A stretch of DNA of 38,019 nucleotides from an uncultured virus (IMG/VR IMGVR_UViG_2061766007_000422) (lineage: Duplodnaviria; Heunggongvirae; Uroviricota; Caudoviricetes): IMG/VR virus record IMGVR_UViG_2061766007_000422. The stretch is one strand, 5' to 3'. A model generated the notes under the pieces. That model was not told the DNA's origin. It made no database searches and was given only the letters and a program-made list of their open reading frames with translations. Below are positions 25,239-34,667 of the stretch, one piece after another (the first letter of the stretch is position 1; the number at the start of each line of letters is the position of its first letter). The translations under genes were made by a program, and so were the position numbers.

Positions 25239-25760
25239 TTAATTTCGATGAAATACTAGGGTTTCATCTAGCACTTCATCATTACAATTTAATTTATTAT
25301 TCCAAAACTGTCTTTCATTCGTCGTAACGTGCTTAACATTGTCGTTTATATGCGCGGTTAGGCTCTGTAATACATCATCACCCACGAAAGGTAAGTCTAT
25401 TCCATAGGCTTGGCCGTCTCCAATTTTAATACCTGGGACTACTGTGCCATTTGATAACGTAGCCTTGTCCGCGTAAATAACAATATCGCCGCTATTTGGA
25501 ATAAAAGTTGGTTGCGCGCGCCAGTTTTCAGTGCTATTGATTAAAATAGTTTTACCATCAACTGTGCGGCTATCTATAAAAGGTAAATCTGAGACTAATG
25601 TAACACCGTCGCCCACCTTTAAACGAAAAAAAGGGTGAGCTTCATCAGTTGAATATATGATGAGCTCACCTTTCATAGGACGAAAGCCTGCTGCTTTGTT
25701 CCAATTAGCCTCAGTATCATTTTTCAACTGAATACGTGTTTTTACAGTCTGTCCTGTCAT
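25239..25760 (-). CDS. Mtd_N/hyaluronidase-N-like tail fibre protein (two copies of the motif)
   Basis: RIQLKNDTEANW...P.KGE...LKVGDG..V.DLPF, repeated as W....P..GD...IKIGDG...DLPF. Confidence 0.75.
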   Translation of the reverse strand: MTGQTVKTRIQLKNDTEANWNKAAGFRPMKGELIIYSTDEAHPFFRLKVGDGVTLVSDLPFIDSRTVDGKTILINSTENWRAQPTFIPNSGDIVIYADKATLSNGTVVPGIKIGDGQAYGIDLPFVGDDVLQSLTAHINDNVKHVTTNERQFWNNKLNCNDEVLDETLVFHRN

Positions 25761-25784
25761 AAAAACACCACCTTGACATCAATT

Positions 25785-26267
25785 TCAGTCAATGTATTCT
25801 GCGGCATCGCCGCAATTGAGAATTGTATCATCAATTAGTAGGGCACGTATTGGTATATATAAATAGGTAGTTGTGCCTTCACTGCCTACTATTACTGCGC
25901 CTATTGCCGCCGCGATATCCGGCAGAACGGTTTCGTCAGTTGATTTAAAATAATACACAATTCCAGTTTCACTATCCATATATAAATTTGTGCTATCGCC
26001 TGGAACTGGGAAAGTATCTATTGTTCCTTTAACTATAAGTCCGTCATTGGACCCAAAACGTGATAAAAATGTTTCAAAAGTTCCAAAAAATCCATTAGTT
26101 TTCGCAATTTCATATAATTGATACGAAAGTAATGTAAGCGTGGTATTTTCCCACGGATAAACCATTGATAAGCCCGCGGAATGAGGTTGAGCGGGCACTA
26201 TAGAAAAATCATATTCTAATAAACGGTCGCGCGTGCGCCACCGCTCATGGTTCCAATTCAATTTCAT
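25785..26267 (-). CDS. hypothetical structural-module protein
   Basis: S..LYEIAK.NGF.GT...FL and FP..G....LY motifs typical of fibre proteins. Confidence 0.65.
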   Translation of the reverse strand: MKLNWNHERWRTRDRLLEYDFSIVPAQPHSAGLSMVYPWENTTLTLLSYQLYEIAKTNGFFGTFETFLSRFGSNDGLIVKGTIDTFPVPGDSTNLYMDSETGIVYYFKSTDETVLPDIAAAIGAVIVGSEGTTTYLYIPIRALLIDDTILNCGDAAEYID

Positions 26268-26451
26268 TGTCCTCGCCTCTTTCTGGTGGCACGTCCTCTA
26301 TGGGTATTTCGCGCCAATTATCTACACTATCGTATATACCGAGATAGACTTGAGTAGTGTATATGTATTCGTTAGTTAATTCTACGCCTACGGGCGCATT
26401 AGTTAAAACCATACCGTCGTGAGGTTCTAATACGATTATGTCTGTTGTCAT
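26245..26451 (-). CDS. small fibre-associated protein
   Basis: G.VLTN...VYLG..DS..NW.EI pattern; GAAGGA RBS. Confidence 0.65.
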   Translation of the reverse strand: MTTDIIVLEPHDGMVLTNAPVGVELTNEYIYTTQVYLGIYDSVDNWREIPIEDVPPERGEDNEIELEP

Positions 26452-26465
26452 AATATGCTTCCTTC

Positions 26466-29459
26466 TTAGCGTCCATAAATTTTGACTGAGCCGCCAGTAA
26501 ATTTATATGAATTTAAACTTCTAATAAATATCTCATATATAGGTTGACATTCAATAATTCCTGAAGCGTTTTTGTTTGCTTTAAGGTATTTAGTGGCATG
26601 GTAATTTTCGAAAGAGTTATGAGGGGCATTGCCAAAGAACCTTCCTCCGTCTACATGCAGTTGTGCCATCATTGTTACACCGCCAGTATTACAAGCCTCA
26701 GCCGATAAAAAAGGACCATTTTCAGGTGCGCCGTCGCCGTTTCCTCCCGAATTGACACTTATTCCAAGAGTCCCCGTCCCTGTTGATATTGTCCCATCAA
26801 AATAAACCAATACGTCAGTCAGAGAAAATGCGTCTCCGTTGCTATCGGTTGTTACATATAGGTTTGGTGTTTCTTCTGTAATTGTGTATTCCCTAATTAA
26901 CCGATACGGGGCTTTATATATCCCTAGCATCTGTTGTATAGCCGTTTTAGCACTATCTGTATAGGTGCCGACCGCATTATCAGAAGATGATTGAGTATTA
27001 TCTCCCGCGGCTTTTGCAAGACCGTAGAAGGTAGAGGCGTGTTGCCATCCCGGCGTTATAACTCTTGCAGTAGAAACACCTTCTTTTATTTCTCCATCTC
27101 TGGCAAGCATAAATACACCACGCAGCGTTCCGCTTCCTTGTGGTATATTCGCCACTCCGCTTGAAACGATGGATGTTCCATTAATCTGTACATCACTTAC
27201 TTTTCCCGCGAGTGCGCTATTCATCTCTGCTGCGGTTGGTACTTGAACTGTTCCTGTTACATCGTCATCAATCCAAATTTTATTGTTTACATTTACTGGC
27301 GCGGTAGATTGAATAGCAATTGTATCACTTATCGCAGTAGTAATCGCGCTATTTAACTCGGATACCGTTGGTACTTGAATTGCCGAGTCTGCATCGCTAT
27401 CTATCCAGATTTTTGTGTCGGAGGTAGAGGGTTGGGTTGTTTGTATAGCTATGCTATTAACTGTTGCTAGTTTTACGCCATTACTGGAATCACTATCTGA
27501 ATGTATATATACATCTCCCGCATATTTTCCGTCGCCGGCCCATGTAAGGGCATAGGCATTACTGCGAGCATCATTAGTTGTGCCATTACCAACAATATCG
27601 GCATAAAGGCTATTAGTATCACGAACATTAAATTTGCCTTGCGCATGTTGATAATTAGCTAAAGCAATTGTACTATAACCTTCGGTATGACTATCTTCTC
27701 CAAAGGCGCCACTTTTATATACATATAAATCTTTCGCGTTTAAAGCATCAACTAAAGTAGCTTCAACCGTAAATTGTAAATTCGTTGTATCAACGGCAGT
27801 AATGCGCTTACAATATTGGTCATATGCGATATAATCTCCAACCGCGGGATGACCAGAAGTAGTGGTATATGAATAAGTGGTAGCATTCGCGTCACCAGTT
27901 ACTTTAATTGCTATTGCCTCTCCATGATTTTCAGCATGAGAATTACGGCCAACTGCGAATGTATGATTGCTTTCTGTATGAGAATAATGCCCTAATGCAA
28001 CAGAATAAGTGCCTTCTGCATGTGAAACGTTGCCTAACGCCTTGGCATCTGAACCTTCCGCATGAGAATTATATGTTAAAGCAACAGAACCGCTACCTTC
28101 GGCATGTGAATTTTGACCAATAGCTTTTGTTTTGCCACCTTCCGCATGAGCAGCATAGTTAGCCATAGTCATAAAACCTTCTGCATGAGAATAATATCCT
28201 AACGCTTGATTTTCACATCCTTCTGCTTTACTACCTATGCCTGATGCGGTTGTCCTAATACCCATTGCATGCGAAGCAACTCCAGAAGCAATTGTTTCAT
28301 AGCCTTCTGCAAATGTATAATCACCACTCGCCTCAACATCTTTACCAAGCGCTACGCTATTTGTGCCAACGGTTGTTCCTGCCTTTCTGCCCATACTTAA
28401 AGTAGTATCTAAAATTGTATCGGTTTTAAGCGCATAACCACTCAAATCTAAATCCGCTTGTCCAAATTTTTCCCAAGCATTATTCACATAAGCCCATTCA
28501 ACATATAAATTATTACCACTACCTCCTGGCACCAAATACAAAGTCTGTGTGTCAGGATTTTGTACAGTCGGCACACCAGTTGAAGCATCATATTCTTGTG
28601 CTGAACATATATGAATGCGCATTGTATTAAGTAAAGAAATAGCAGTATAAACGCCGCCAGATGTTACTGGATTGGTACTGTTTTCTGTTGGCGCGTCATC
28701 AATTATAATATTGGCTATACCACTACCATCTATAATGCTTGTTCCATTTATTTGTATATCTGGAATAACTGTATCGGCGGGTAGTGCGCCAACTTCTTGT
28801 GCTGTATAAGTGGGCTTATTGACCCATTTTGTATCAAAATCCGCATTACTTTTCTTTACTAAAAATTGGTCAGTAGTGCCACCCGTGGCGAGACCTGGTC
28901 CAACTGCGGATACACCAGTATCAACAAATTGATTTGTTTCTGCATCCCATAAATACCAATGATTATTTTCACCCACATATGGATAATGTTCCACATTAGA
29001 TTCAGTTTCTTCAACCGCTTCGCGCACATCTGCTAATGCTGCACTAATTATATCTAATTGCTCTGGCGCTAATTTACCAGTTGCGGCATCGGGAGAAACA
29101 AGTAAATCATCTCCTGTCTCTCTAATTTCACATACAGGTAAATCAAATCCCGCATAGTATGAATCAACTTCATCTCCACTAACAAGTTCACCATCTACAA
29201 ATTGAGGATTTTTATAAAATTTAATATCCCATACATATCTACCGGGCATTAAATTAACTGTTTCATTATGAGAAAACTCAATAGTCATTGTATCATTTGT
29301 GGCTTGCATTATTTTTTGAAACAATCTACTATGAGTTAGACAATCAAATATTGTAAATACGGCCACATCTGATTGTGTCGCGGCCGCGATTGCTGGAATA
29401 GTAAATGAACCAGTATCACCGCGAGGAATAATCAATTTTCTTTGTATTAACCTAATCAT
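26466..29459 (-). CDS. long tail fibre protein (BppU-like N-terminus, SHAEG YadA-like repeats, C-terminal tip)
   Basis: RGDTG.F....T..L.PG.Y.WDI; multiple (S)HAEG repeats; VGNG...RSNA; C-terminus ending IYGR. Confidence 0.8.
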   Translation of the reverse strand: MIRLIQRKLIIPRGDTGSFTIPAIAAATQSDVAVFTIFDCLTHSRLFQKIMQATNDTMTIEFSHNETVNLMPGRYVWDIKFYKNPQFVDGELVSGDEVDSYYAGFDLPVCEIRETGDDLLVSPDAATGKLAPEQLDIISAALADVREAVEETESNVEHYPYVGENNHWYLWDAETNQFVDTGVSAVGPGLATGGTTDQFLVKKSNADFDTKWVNKPTYTAQEVGALPADTVIPDIQINGTSIIDGSGIANIIIDDAPTENSTNPVTSGGVYTAISLLNTMRIHICSAQEYDASTGVPTVQNPDTQTLYLVPGGSGNNLYVEWAYVNNAWEKFGQADLDLSGYALKTDTILDTTLSMGRKAGTTVGTNSVALGKDVEASGDYTFAEGYETIASGVASHAMGIRTTASGIGSKAEGCENQALGYYSHAEGFMTMANYAAHAEGGKTKAIGQNSHAEGSGSVALTYNSHAEGSDAKALGNVSHAEGTYSVALGHYSHTESNHTFAVGRNSHAENHGEAIAIKVTGDANATTYSYTTTSGHPAVGDYIAYDQYCKRITAVDTTNLQFTVEATLVDALNAKDLYVYKSGAFGEDSHTEGYSTIALANYQHAQGKFNVRDTNSLYADIVGNGTTNDARSNAYALTWAGDGKYAGDVYIHSDSDSSNGVKLATVNSIAIQTTQPSTSDTKIWIDSDADSAIQVPTVSELNSAITTAISDTIAIQSTAPVNVNNKIWIDDDVTGTVQVPTAAEMNSALAGKVSDVQINGTSIVSSGVANIPQGSGTLRGVFMLARDGEIKEGVSTARVITPGWQHASTFYGLAKAAGDNTQSSSDNAVGTYTDSAKTAIQQMLGIYKAPYRLIREYTITEETPNLYVTTDSNGDAFSLTDVLVYFDGTISTGTGTLGISVNSGGNGDGAPENGPFLSAEACNTGGVTMMAQLHVDGGRFFGNAPHNSFENYHATKYLKANKNASGIIECQPIYEIFIRSLNSYKFTGGSVKIYGR

Positions 29460-30027
29460 TTATATCATCCTCGTATAAATGTTTTATTTTTTCATTGTAT
29501 TTTTCATACAATTGTTCTTGCTCGGAAACAATTTGAGATAAATCATAATTCATTGCTTCTAAATTGATAAATTTCTCTTGTGCTCCGCGCAATTCATCGC
29601 TAACTTCCGCAATTAGTTCTTGTAGATAGAATGCGGCCGCAAGCTCATTTATTTCATACAATTCTTTGTAGCAAGCCGACATCAAATCTTTTGTTTCTTT
29701 TTCCCAATCTACCCACTTTTTTAATAGTTCTCTAATACCATTTTTCTTGGTGCTAACATCTACATCGGTTTTAGAATATTTATACCAATTTTGCGGCACA
29801 ATTTGTGGGTCTTCAATTGGTTCATATTTTATCATTTTATAATAATTGCCCAAATAAAAAGCATTGAAGGCGCGATAGTTTTTACTTTCTTCAAAATAAT
29901 GATATTCGTGGCATTTTTGATACCCAATTAAATTAAGAAAGCCAAATCCATCTGCGATTTGGTTATGTACTATCAAACCTTTTTCTAAATGAGCGGCTAG
30001 TTTATTAAAAATTTCATCAACTGTCAT
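29452..30027 (-). CDS. ferritin-like helical-bundle protein
   Basis: All-helical; H..H.FEE, WV.WEKET and EV..EL spaced as in ferritin-like folds (inferred). Confidence 0.55.
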   Translation of the reverse strand: MTVDEIFNKLAAHLEKGLIVHNQIADGFGFLNLIGYQKCHEYHYFEESKNYRAFNAFYLGNYYKMIKYEPIEDPQIVPQNWYKYSKTDVDVSTKKNGIRELLKKWVDWEKETKDLMSACYKELYEINELAAAFYLQELIAEVSDELRGAQEKFINLEAMNYDLSQIVSEQEQLYEKYNEKIKHLYEDDIND

Positions 30028-30241
30028 TGTTCTTGTCCTCCAATTGCTTTAATATTAAATCAATTTTTTGGTCTTGCTCTTGGAGATGCGTTTGTATCTC
30101 CAAGAGCAAGGCGCTTAATTTATTATTAAAGTGTTCTTCCAATTTTTGTCGTTCTTCTTGCGAAGTGTTAGAGTGTAGATTTTTAATACTAATGGCTAAA
30201 TCCATTAGATTAACTAAATCTATGTAACTATAATTTAACAA
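30017..30241 (-). CDS. small helical protein
   Basis: EIQTHLQEQDQKID.IL; overlaps both neighbours. Confidence 0.7.
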   Translation of the reverse strand: MLNYSYIDLVNLMDLAISIKNLHSNTSQEERQKLEEHFNNKLSALLLEIQTHLQEQDQKIDLILKQLEDKNNDS

Positions 30242-30651
30242 ATTTTAGTCACTACACAATTGATGTGCGCACCAGTTAATGCGGTATCGCCATTACGAAT
30301 TTGAAGAACAGTAGGACTAGAATAACAATTACAATTGCAATTATTTTCACTTACTTGAATAAGAGTTTTAAAGCCAAAAGTATCGACAGTCGCAGCAACC
30401 CCAGTAAAGGAACTAATGGCTTGCGGCTGCGCGACTCCATTAACATAAAGTTGGGCTGTAACTAGCGTGGCGGCCGCGGGAGTAGCAAAACCATCTACTT
30501 CCACTAAATAAACACCGCGTTTGTCTAGTTCAATGGTGGCGGGCGCACTTAATTTTTCGGCGCAACCTTTATCAATAATGACATTATTAAAAGGAAAAGC
30601 CGCATTCGCGGCAACTGCTAAATCACTACTATACGCTTGTAACATAATCAA
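30235..30651 (-). CDS. beta-sandwich protein (BclA-C/C1q-like) with CNCNC
   Basis: PF.N.......I.L...GVY.V.V...QLY.NGV..P.A pattern; GGAGG RBS. Confidence 0.55.
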   Translation of the reverse strand: MIMLQAYSSDLAVAANAAFPFNNVIIDKGCAEKLSAPATIELDKRGVYLVEVDGFATPAAATLVTAQLYVNGVAQPQAISSFTGVAATVDTFGFKTLIQVSENNCNCNCYSSPTVLQIRNGDTALTGAHINCVVTKIC

Positions 30652-30666
30652 ATCCTCCTTATAATA

Positions 30667-30698
30667 AAAAAAAGAGGGGCGTACTATTGTACGTCCCT
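30667..30698 (-). terminator. terminator-like hairpin
   Basis: AGGGACGTAC/GTACGCCCCT followed by a T-run. Confidence 0.6.
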
Positions 30699-30730
30699 AT
30701 CTTATGGCGTACTAAATACGCTCTTATTTA

Positions 30731-31354
30731 TTAGTTATTGCAACCACAGCCGCAAAATGGACTCTGGCCAGCATTGTAGGTGTATCCAGAAGGATAACGC
30801 ACTACGCCCGCTAATTGATTCTGTAATTCAAGTTGATTGATACGGTTTTGCATAGCATCTATACGATTTGCAGTTAGGACATCAAGAATCTTCTGATTCT
30901 GTGCGACAATATTAGCATTGGTCGCTGCATCACGCATAGCGGCTTCATAGTTCATTTCCCTGATAAGTGACTGGGTCTGGCAGCAGCAAGCATTTTGGTT
31001 TGCTAACGCATTAGCCTGGCCCACAGCAAGAGCAGCAATGTCTCTTTGTAATTCGCTGTATTTGTCACCTACATAACTAGTTACATCATGGTAGGTCTGA
31101 TTTGTGGCGGCGACTGCCTGTGCAGTTCCGCTAGTTACGGCCGCAAGAATGTCTCTGGTCTGCGCCTGTAAGTTCTGATTATCAAAGCCGCGATTTACAT
31201 CGGCCTGGATAGCATTACCATTACCATTGCCACCCCAATTGCCGAATCCGCCGCCCATTAGCGCGAGAATAGCAAATAACCAAATCATTCCATTACAGCC
31301 GCCATCTCCATTGAGAAGCGCTACATCGGAAGCAGTAAGTCCATTTTCACTCAT
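30731..31354 (-). CDS. Gly-rich membrane-anchored coiled-coil protein with CCC and C-terminal CGCGC
   Basis: MSENGLTASD..IWLFAILALMGGGFG, ACCCQT, RINQLELQNQL; GAGGTG RBS. Confidence 0.8.
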   Translation of the reverse strand: MSENGLTASDVALLNGDGGCNGMIWLFAILALMGGGFGNWGGNGNGNAIQADVNRGFDNQNLQAQTRDILAAVTSGTAQAVAATNQTYHDVTSYVGDKYSELQRDIAALAVGQANALANQNACCCQTQSLIREMNYEAAMRDAATNANIVAQNQKILDVLTANRIDAMQNRINQLELQNQLAGVVRYPSGYTYNAGQSPFCGCGCNN

Positions 31355-31399
31355 ACTTGAACACCTCACTAGTAATATTTATATTAACTGTTTATATTT

Positions 31400-31426
31400 A
31401 AAAAAGCACTCCTCCTACGGAGTGCT
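31400..31426 (-). terminator. terminator-like hairpin
   Basis: AGCACTC/GAGTGCT followed by a T-run. Confidence 0.6.
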
Positions 31427-31432
31427 CCCTTA

Positions 31433-31674
31433 TTACTGAGCTGATAATTCTTGTATTATATCGTCAATATTTCGGCCTTTTTGCTGTGCCATAATTCGCG
31501 CGATTTGCTCTAATGAAACATTACGAGTTCGCGCAAGATTGAGTACATTCTGTAATCCTGGAAATTGATTAAGAAGTAGTTGCTCTGCATTAGGCGCGTT
31601 TTGTATTTGCCGCATTATATTTTTTAGCGGCTGTAAGTCTAGTGGCTGCGGGCCACCATTTAATTGTTGTGATA
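31433..31674 (-). CDS. Gln-rich small protein (start in the N gap)
   Basis: EQIARIMAQQKGRNIDDIIQEL C-terminus. Confidence 0.65.
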
Positions 31675-31770
31675 NNNNNNNNNNNNNNNNNNNNNNNNNN
31701 NNNNNTTCCATATATAGTGTAGATTGACGACATAAGATATATTGCATATTTTTAAATGATTAAAAATTTT

Positions 31771-32091
31771 TTATTCCTCTTCTGGCTCGGGTTCTGGTTC
31801 AGGTTCGGGCGCCGGTATGGGTAAGCTACCTTTACTTCTATGATATATTGACTTACCATTAGCATATTCAAGCGTAATAGCTTGCATTGCGCGGCTTGGA
31901 TTAGAATCTATTAGCATAGCGCTTTCAAGACTACGATAGTCACTTTCCGCCGCGTTAAATGCTTCCTCATCGCTATTATATCTTAAAGAGTCAAAAGTTT
32001 TAGGATAATTTTGTTTTACACTCCAAAGTCCTTCGGGGTGAGAATCGGAAATTACGACTTGTGTTGCGTTAACAATATAAATTTGTCTCAT
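31771..32091 (-). CDS. hypothetical protein with (PE)n tail
   Basis: AAGGAG RBS; ends PEPEPEPEPEEE; follows the fibre-tip gene. Confidence 0.75.
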   Translation of the reverse strand: MRQIYIVNATQVVISDSHPEGLWSVKQNYPKTFDSLRYNSDEEAFNAAESDYRSLESAMLIDSNPSRAMQAITLEYANGKSIYHRSKGSLPIPAPEPEPEPEPEEE

Positions 32092-32107
32092 AATTCATTC
32101 TCCTTTC

Positions 32108-32794
32108 TTATCGTCCATAGATAGTGATTGTGCCATTTGTCGCACTTGATGTTGTCGCATAGCCTATGCTCATTGATGTTATCGCTGAACATTCGAGAAT
32201 CCCTGATGCGTTCAGATTTCGTTGTACTGCGATAGGGTTATAGGTGTTAGCGAATCCACTCATCGATTCACCAAAAAACCTGCCACCCCTTACATTCAAA
32301 AACGCCACACCTGTTTTGGCAGATGTGCTCCATAGATTGCTGACTGTTATATGTTTCCCCGTATAATCATCACCATTAACCAGTATCAAGCAATTGCTAT
32401 TTGCAGTTGCCACGACATTATTGAAATAGATAATCACATCGGTTAACGATAGCGGATCTCCATTCGTGTCAGTTGAAATGTTTATGTTGCCCGTTTCTTC
32501 TGTTATGGTGTATTCCCTAATTAACCGATACGGAGTTTTATAACTACTTAATTCCACCATAACCGTAGTTTTATCCCAATGCGCCGCGGTCCACACTTCA
32601 GCGGGCGAAATATTTTGTTTTGCTTTATACAACTCACATTCATGAATACAATATTCATCTTTTAAATATGTTTGCTGTGATGAATACTCATCAGCAATAA
32701 TAGAATTAGTGCCTGAAATCATATCAACCCCAACATATTCGCCAGATGTTGGGTCTTTATAATTCAGCACTCCTGTTTTTATAGTAATAGGCAT
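32108..32794 (-). CDS. short fibre-like protein sharing the C-terminal tip domain of 26466-29459
   Basis: YSSQQTY...YC.H...LY...W...HW module, then YK.PYRLIREYTITEET...IYGR. Confidence 0.75.
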   Translation of the reverse strand: MPITIKTGVLNYKDPTSGEYVGVDMISGTNSIIADEYSSQQTYLKDEYCIHECELYKAKQNISPAEVWTAAHWDKTTVMVELSSYKTPYRLIREYTITEETGNINISTDTNGDPLSLTDVIIYFNNVVATANSNCLILVNGDDYTGKHITVSNLWSTSAKTGVAFLNVRGGRFFGESMSGFANTYNPIAVQRNLNASGILECSAITSMSIGYATTSSATNGTITIYGR

Positions 32795-32809
32795 ATAAAT
32801 ACCTCCAGA

Positions 32810-33178
32810 TTAAGTGGAAGCACTTTCTTTCGGTTGTGATTTTTTTCCACTTGCTTTATTATTTTGTTGTTGCGCTATGTAGTCCTCAATTTTTTTAAGT
32901 CGTTCATTAAGGTCATTAACGTTAATTGGCGGCAATTCCTCATGTGGCTTAAAATCATAAGGTGTAACAGTTAAATAGCCGGCGCCATCTGTCTTTGCAA
33001 ACCATATAATTGAGGCTGTTGTATCTAATAACAGTGCATTACTGTTTGGCGCCATACGAAAAGATTCTGCGCCTGCGCGTCCATTTACTTGTATTATTTC
33101 ATAACGCATTAAAGGTTGATAAGAAGGTGATGGCACAGCAGTAGTTGGATTGCCATTATAAAATTGATTCCAGTCCAT
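32810..33178 (-). CDS. hypothetical protein of the 29.4-33.7 kb cassette
   Basis: V.G..GA....MAPNS..LL.D....I.W...TDGAG motif; GGAGG RBS. Confidence 0.8.
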   Translation of the reverse strand: MDWNQFYNGNPTTAVPSPSYQPLMRYEIIQVNGRAGAESFRMAPNSNALLLDTTASIIWFAKTDGAGYLTVTPYDFKPHEELPPINVNDLNERLKKIEDYIAQQQNNKASGKKSQPKESAST

Positions 33179-33181
33179 TTG

Positions 33182-33331
33182 TTATCCTCCTTGTAGTTTT
33201 CGTCCGCAAACAGGACAATAGTCGCAAGGGCGCATATTGTTCGCGCGGTCAAGGAAAAATAGTTCTATTGTTTTTTGTTTTCTTTTGTCCCAACAAAAGA
33301 CACATTCAATTTCAAATTTTTTTTCTTCCAT
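33182..33331 (-). CDS. 49-aa zinc-ribbon protein (not in ORF track)
   Basis: MEEKKFEIECVFCWD...CDYCPVCGRKLQGG; AAGGAG RBS. Confidence 0.75.
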   Translation of the reverse strand: MEEKKFEIECVFCWDKRKQKTIELFFLDRANNMRPCDYCPVCGRKLQGG

Positions 33332-33366
33332 AATTCTCCTTTAAAAATTCNNNNNNNNNNNNNNNN

Positions 33367-33650
33367 TTTTTTACTGCGGCGGCCTTCTCAATTTGACGCT
33401 CATGCATATATTCATATAACACCATCATTCCTACTGGCGGTTCGCCGCTTTCTTTGCGATAATTGTTTATTAAAGCTACTACTTGGTCGTGAAGCATTTT
33501 AATTATATCCATACGCCCCACAGAAAGTGTATAAAATGTTTTAGAAACATCTGGAAACTCTTCTTTGTATTCAACTGCTTTTTTAATATAGCATTCCGCG
33601 ACATCAAGTTCATTTTCAATCTTTTCTGATAAACATTTGATAACCTTCAT
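33367..33650 (-). CDS. helical (ferritin-like) small protein, 3' end in the N gap
   Basis: MKVIKCLSEKIENEL..A..Y...LH..VV.LI..YR...PP.GM...YEY.H; GGAGGT RBS. Confidence 0.7.
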
Positions 33651-33767
33651 AAGGCCACCTCCTATGATGATTTTTCTCATATAGAAGGTAGCCTATCGTG
33701 TATAAAACTATAATATTTTATTTTGAGAGATAATCTTCAATATATGCGGTGGTCAAACAACAATATT

Positions 33768-34196
33768 TTATTTTTTATCTTCAAAATTTTTCAAATATTC
33801 ATCAATATATTTTGAATCTTTATCTAAATTAAGACTAATGCGCTCGCCAAAAGCGTTTAAGTCTTCAATTAGGTTATTAAACTTATTATTTATTTGGTCG
33901 ATATAACTATCCGCGGCCGCAAAAAAGGCTTTATAGAAAGCACGCTTCGCACGAGTAAATGCAAGCCTGCGGCCGAACTTTTCATCCCACGGGTCTTCCG
34001 CAGAACAACTTGCTATTCCAATAAAACGATTGGGTATTTTTACGTCTTTTGGATACCAATTGAAAAGATGACCATTATCGTTGTCTTCTAGGAAATTTTC
34101 AAATTTCCATTCAGTATCTTCAAGCACACATACTACTTTACGATTTTTTTCATCAATATGAAATTTACAATTTTCTGGTTTAATGTTAATTCTCAT
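33768..34196 (-). CDS. hypothetical phage protein
   Basis: G.A.C..ED.WDE..G..LA..RA motif; GGAG RBS. Confidence 0.8.
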   Translation of the reverse strand: MRINIKPENCKFHIDEKNRKVVCVLEDTEWKFENFLEDNDNGHLFNWYPKDVKIPNRFIGIASCSAEDPWDEKFGRRLAFTRAKRAFYKAFFAAADSYIDQINNKFNNLIEDLNAFGERISLNLDKDSKYIDEYLKNFEDKK

Positions 34197-34359
34197 TTTT
34201 ATCTCCTATTATTTCGCTAAAAATAAATAAACTATCACAAAGCCACCCAATGCTGCACGCGACTTTAAGAATAACAGAACCGTCAAGGGCAAGCCAAATA
34301 GCGGCAACAACACATAAATTAAATATTATAGCAATTATACGATAAGCGTTAAAACTCAT
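34186..34359 (-). CDS. 57-aa membrane protein (not in ORF track)
   Basis: MSFNAYRIIAIIFNLCVVAAIWLALDGSVILKVACSIGWLCDSLFIF...; AGGAG RBS, ATGA overlap. Confidence 0.65.
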   Translation of the reverse strand: MSFNAYRIIAIIFNLCVVAAIWLALDGSVILKVACSIGWLCDSLFIFSEIIGDKNEN

Positions 34360-34667
34360 TTTTTCTCCTTTTTAAAATCGCATTTACTTCGGTCGCCGCC
34401 ACAAACACAAGGCGCGCTATCTATCGTGCCCCAACATACGGCAGTTCCATCAGTTTCAGGATGCCAGTGCTCACAAATACCATTATTCGCGCCTGGCTGG
34501 TAAGTAAAATGTTCGCCGCAATTACAACAAGTGCAATGCATAACTTCATAATTTAAATCAGAATTAATTAACGCGCCATTTTTATATATAGGCGGATAAT
34601 TTACTGCGGTGCGTATTGTGTAATCTAATTGATAATACGACTCACCGCATATCGGACATCGTATCAT
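34356..34667 (-). CDS. Cys-rich zinc-binding protein
   Basis: CPICG...CTCCNCG plus CEHW..CWGT..CVCGGD..KCDF; ATG 34667 after GGGGAG. Confidence 0.75.
   Translation of the reverse strand: MIRCPICGESYYQLDYTIRTAVNYPPIYKNGALINSDLNYEVMHCTCCNCGEHFTYQPGANNGICEHWHPETDGTAVCWGTIDSAPCVCGGDRSKCDFKKEKK

Noticed and set aside
31675..31747. N-terminus MQYILCRQ of the 104-aa ORF
   Set aside because: No RBS, intergenic-like sequence joined across an N gap
26869..32542. Diversity-generating retroelement TR/VR pair
   Set aside because: Mismatches are not confined to adenines of one copy, the repeat is short, and there is no reverse transcriptase in the window
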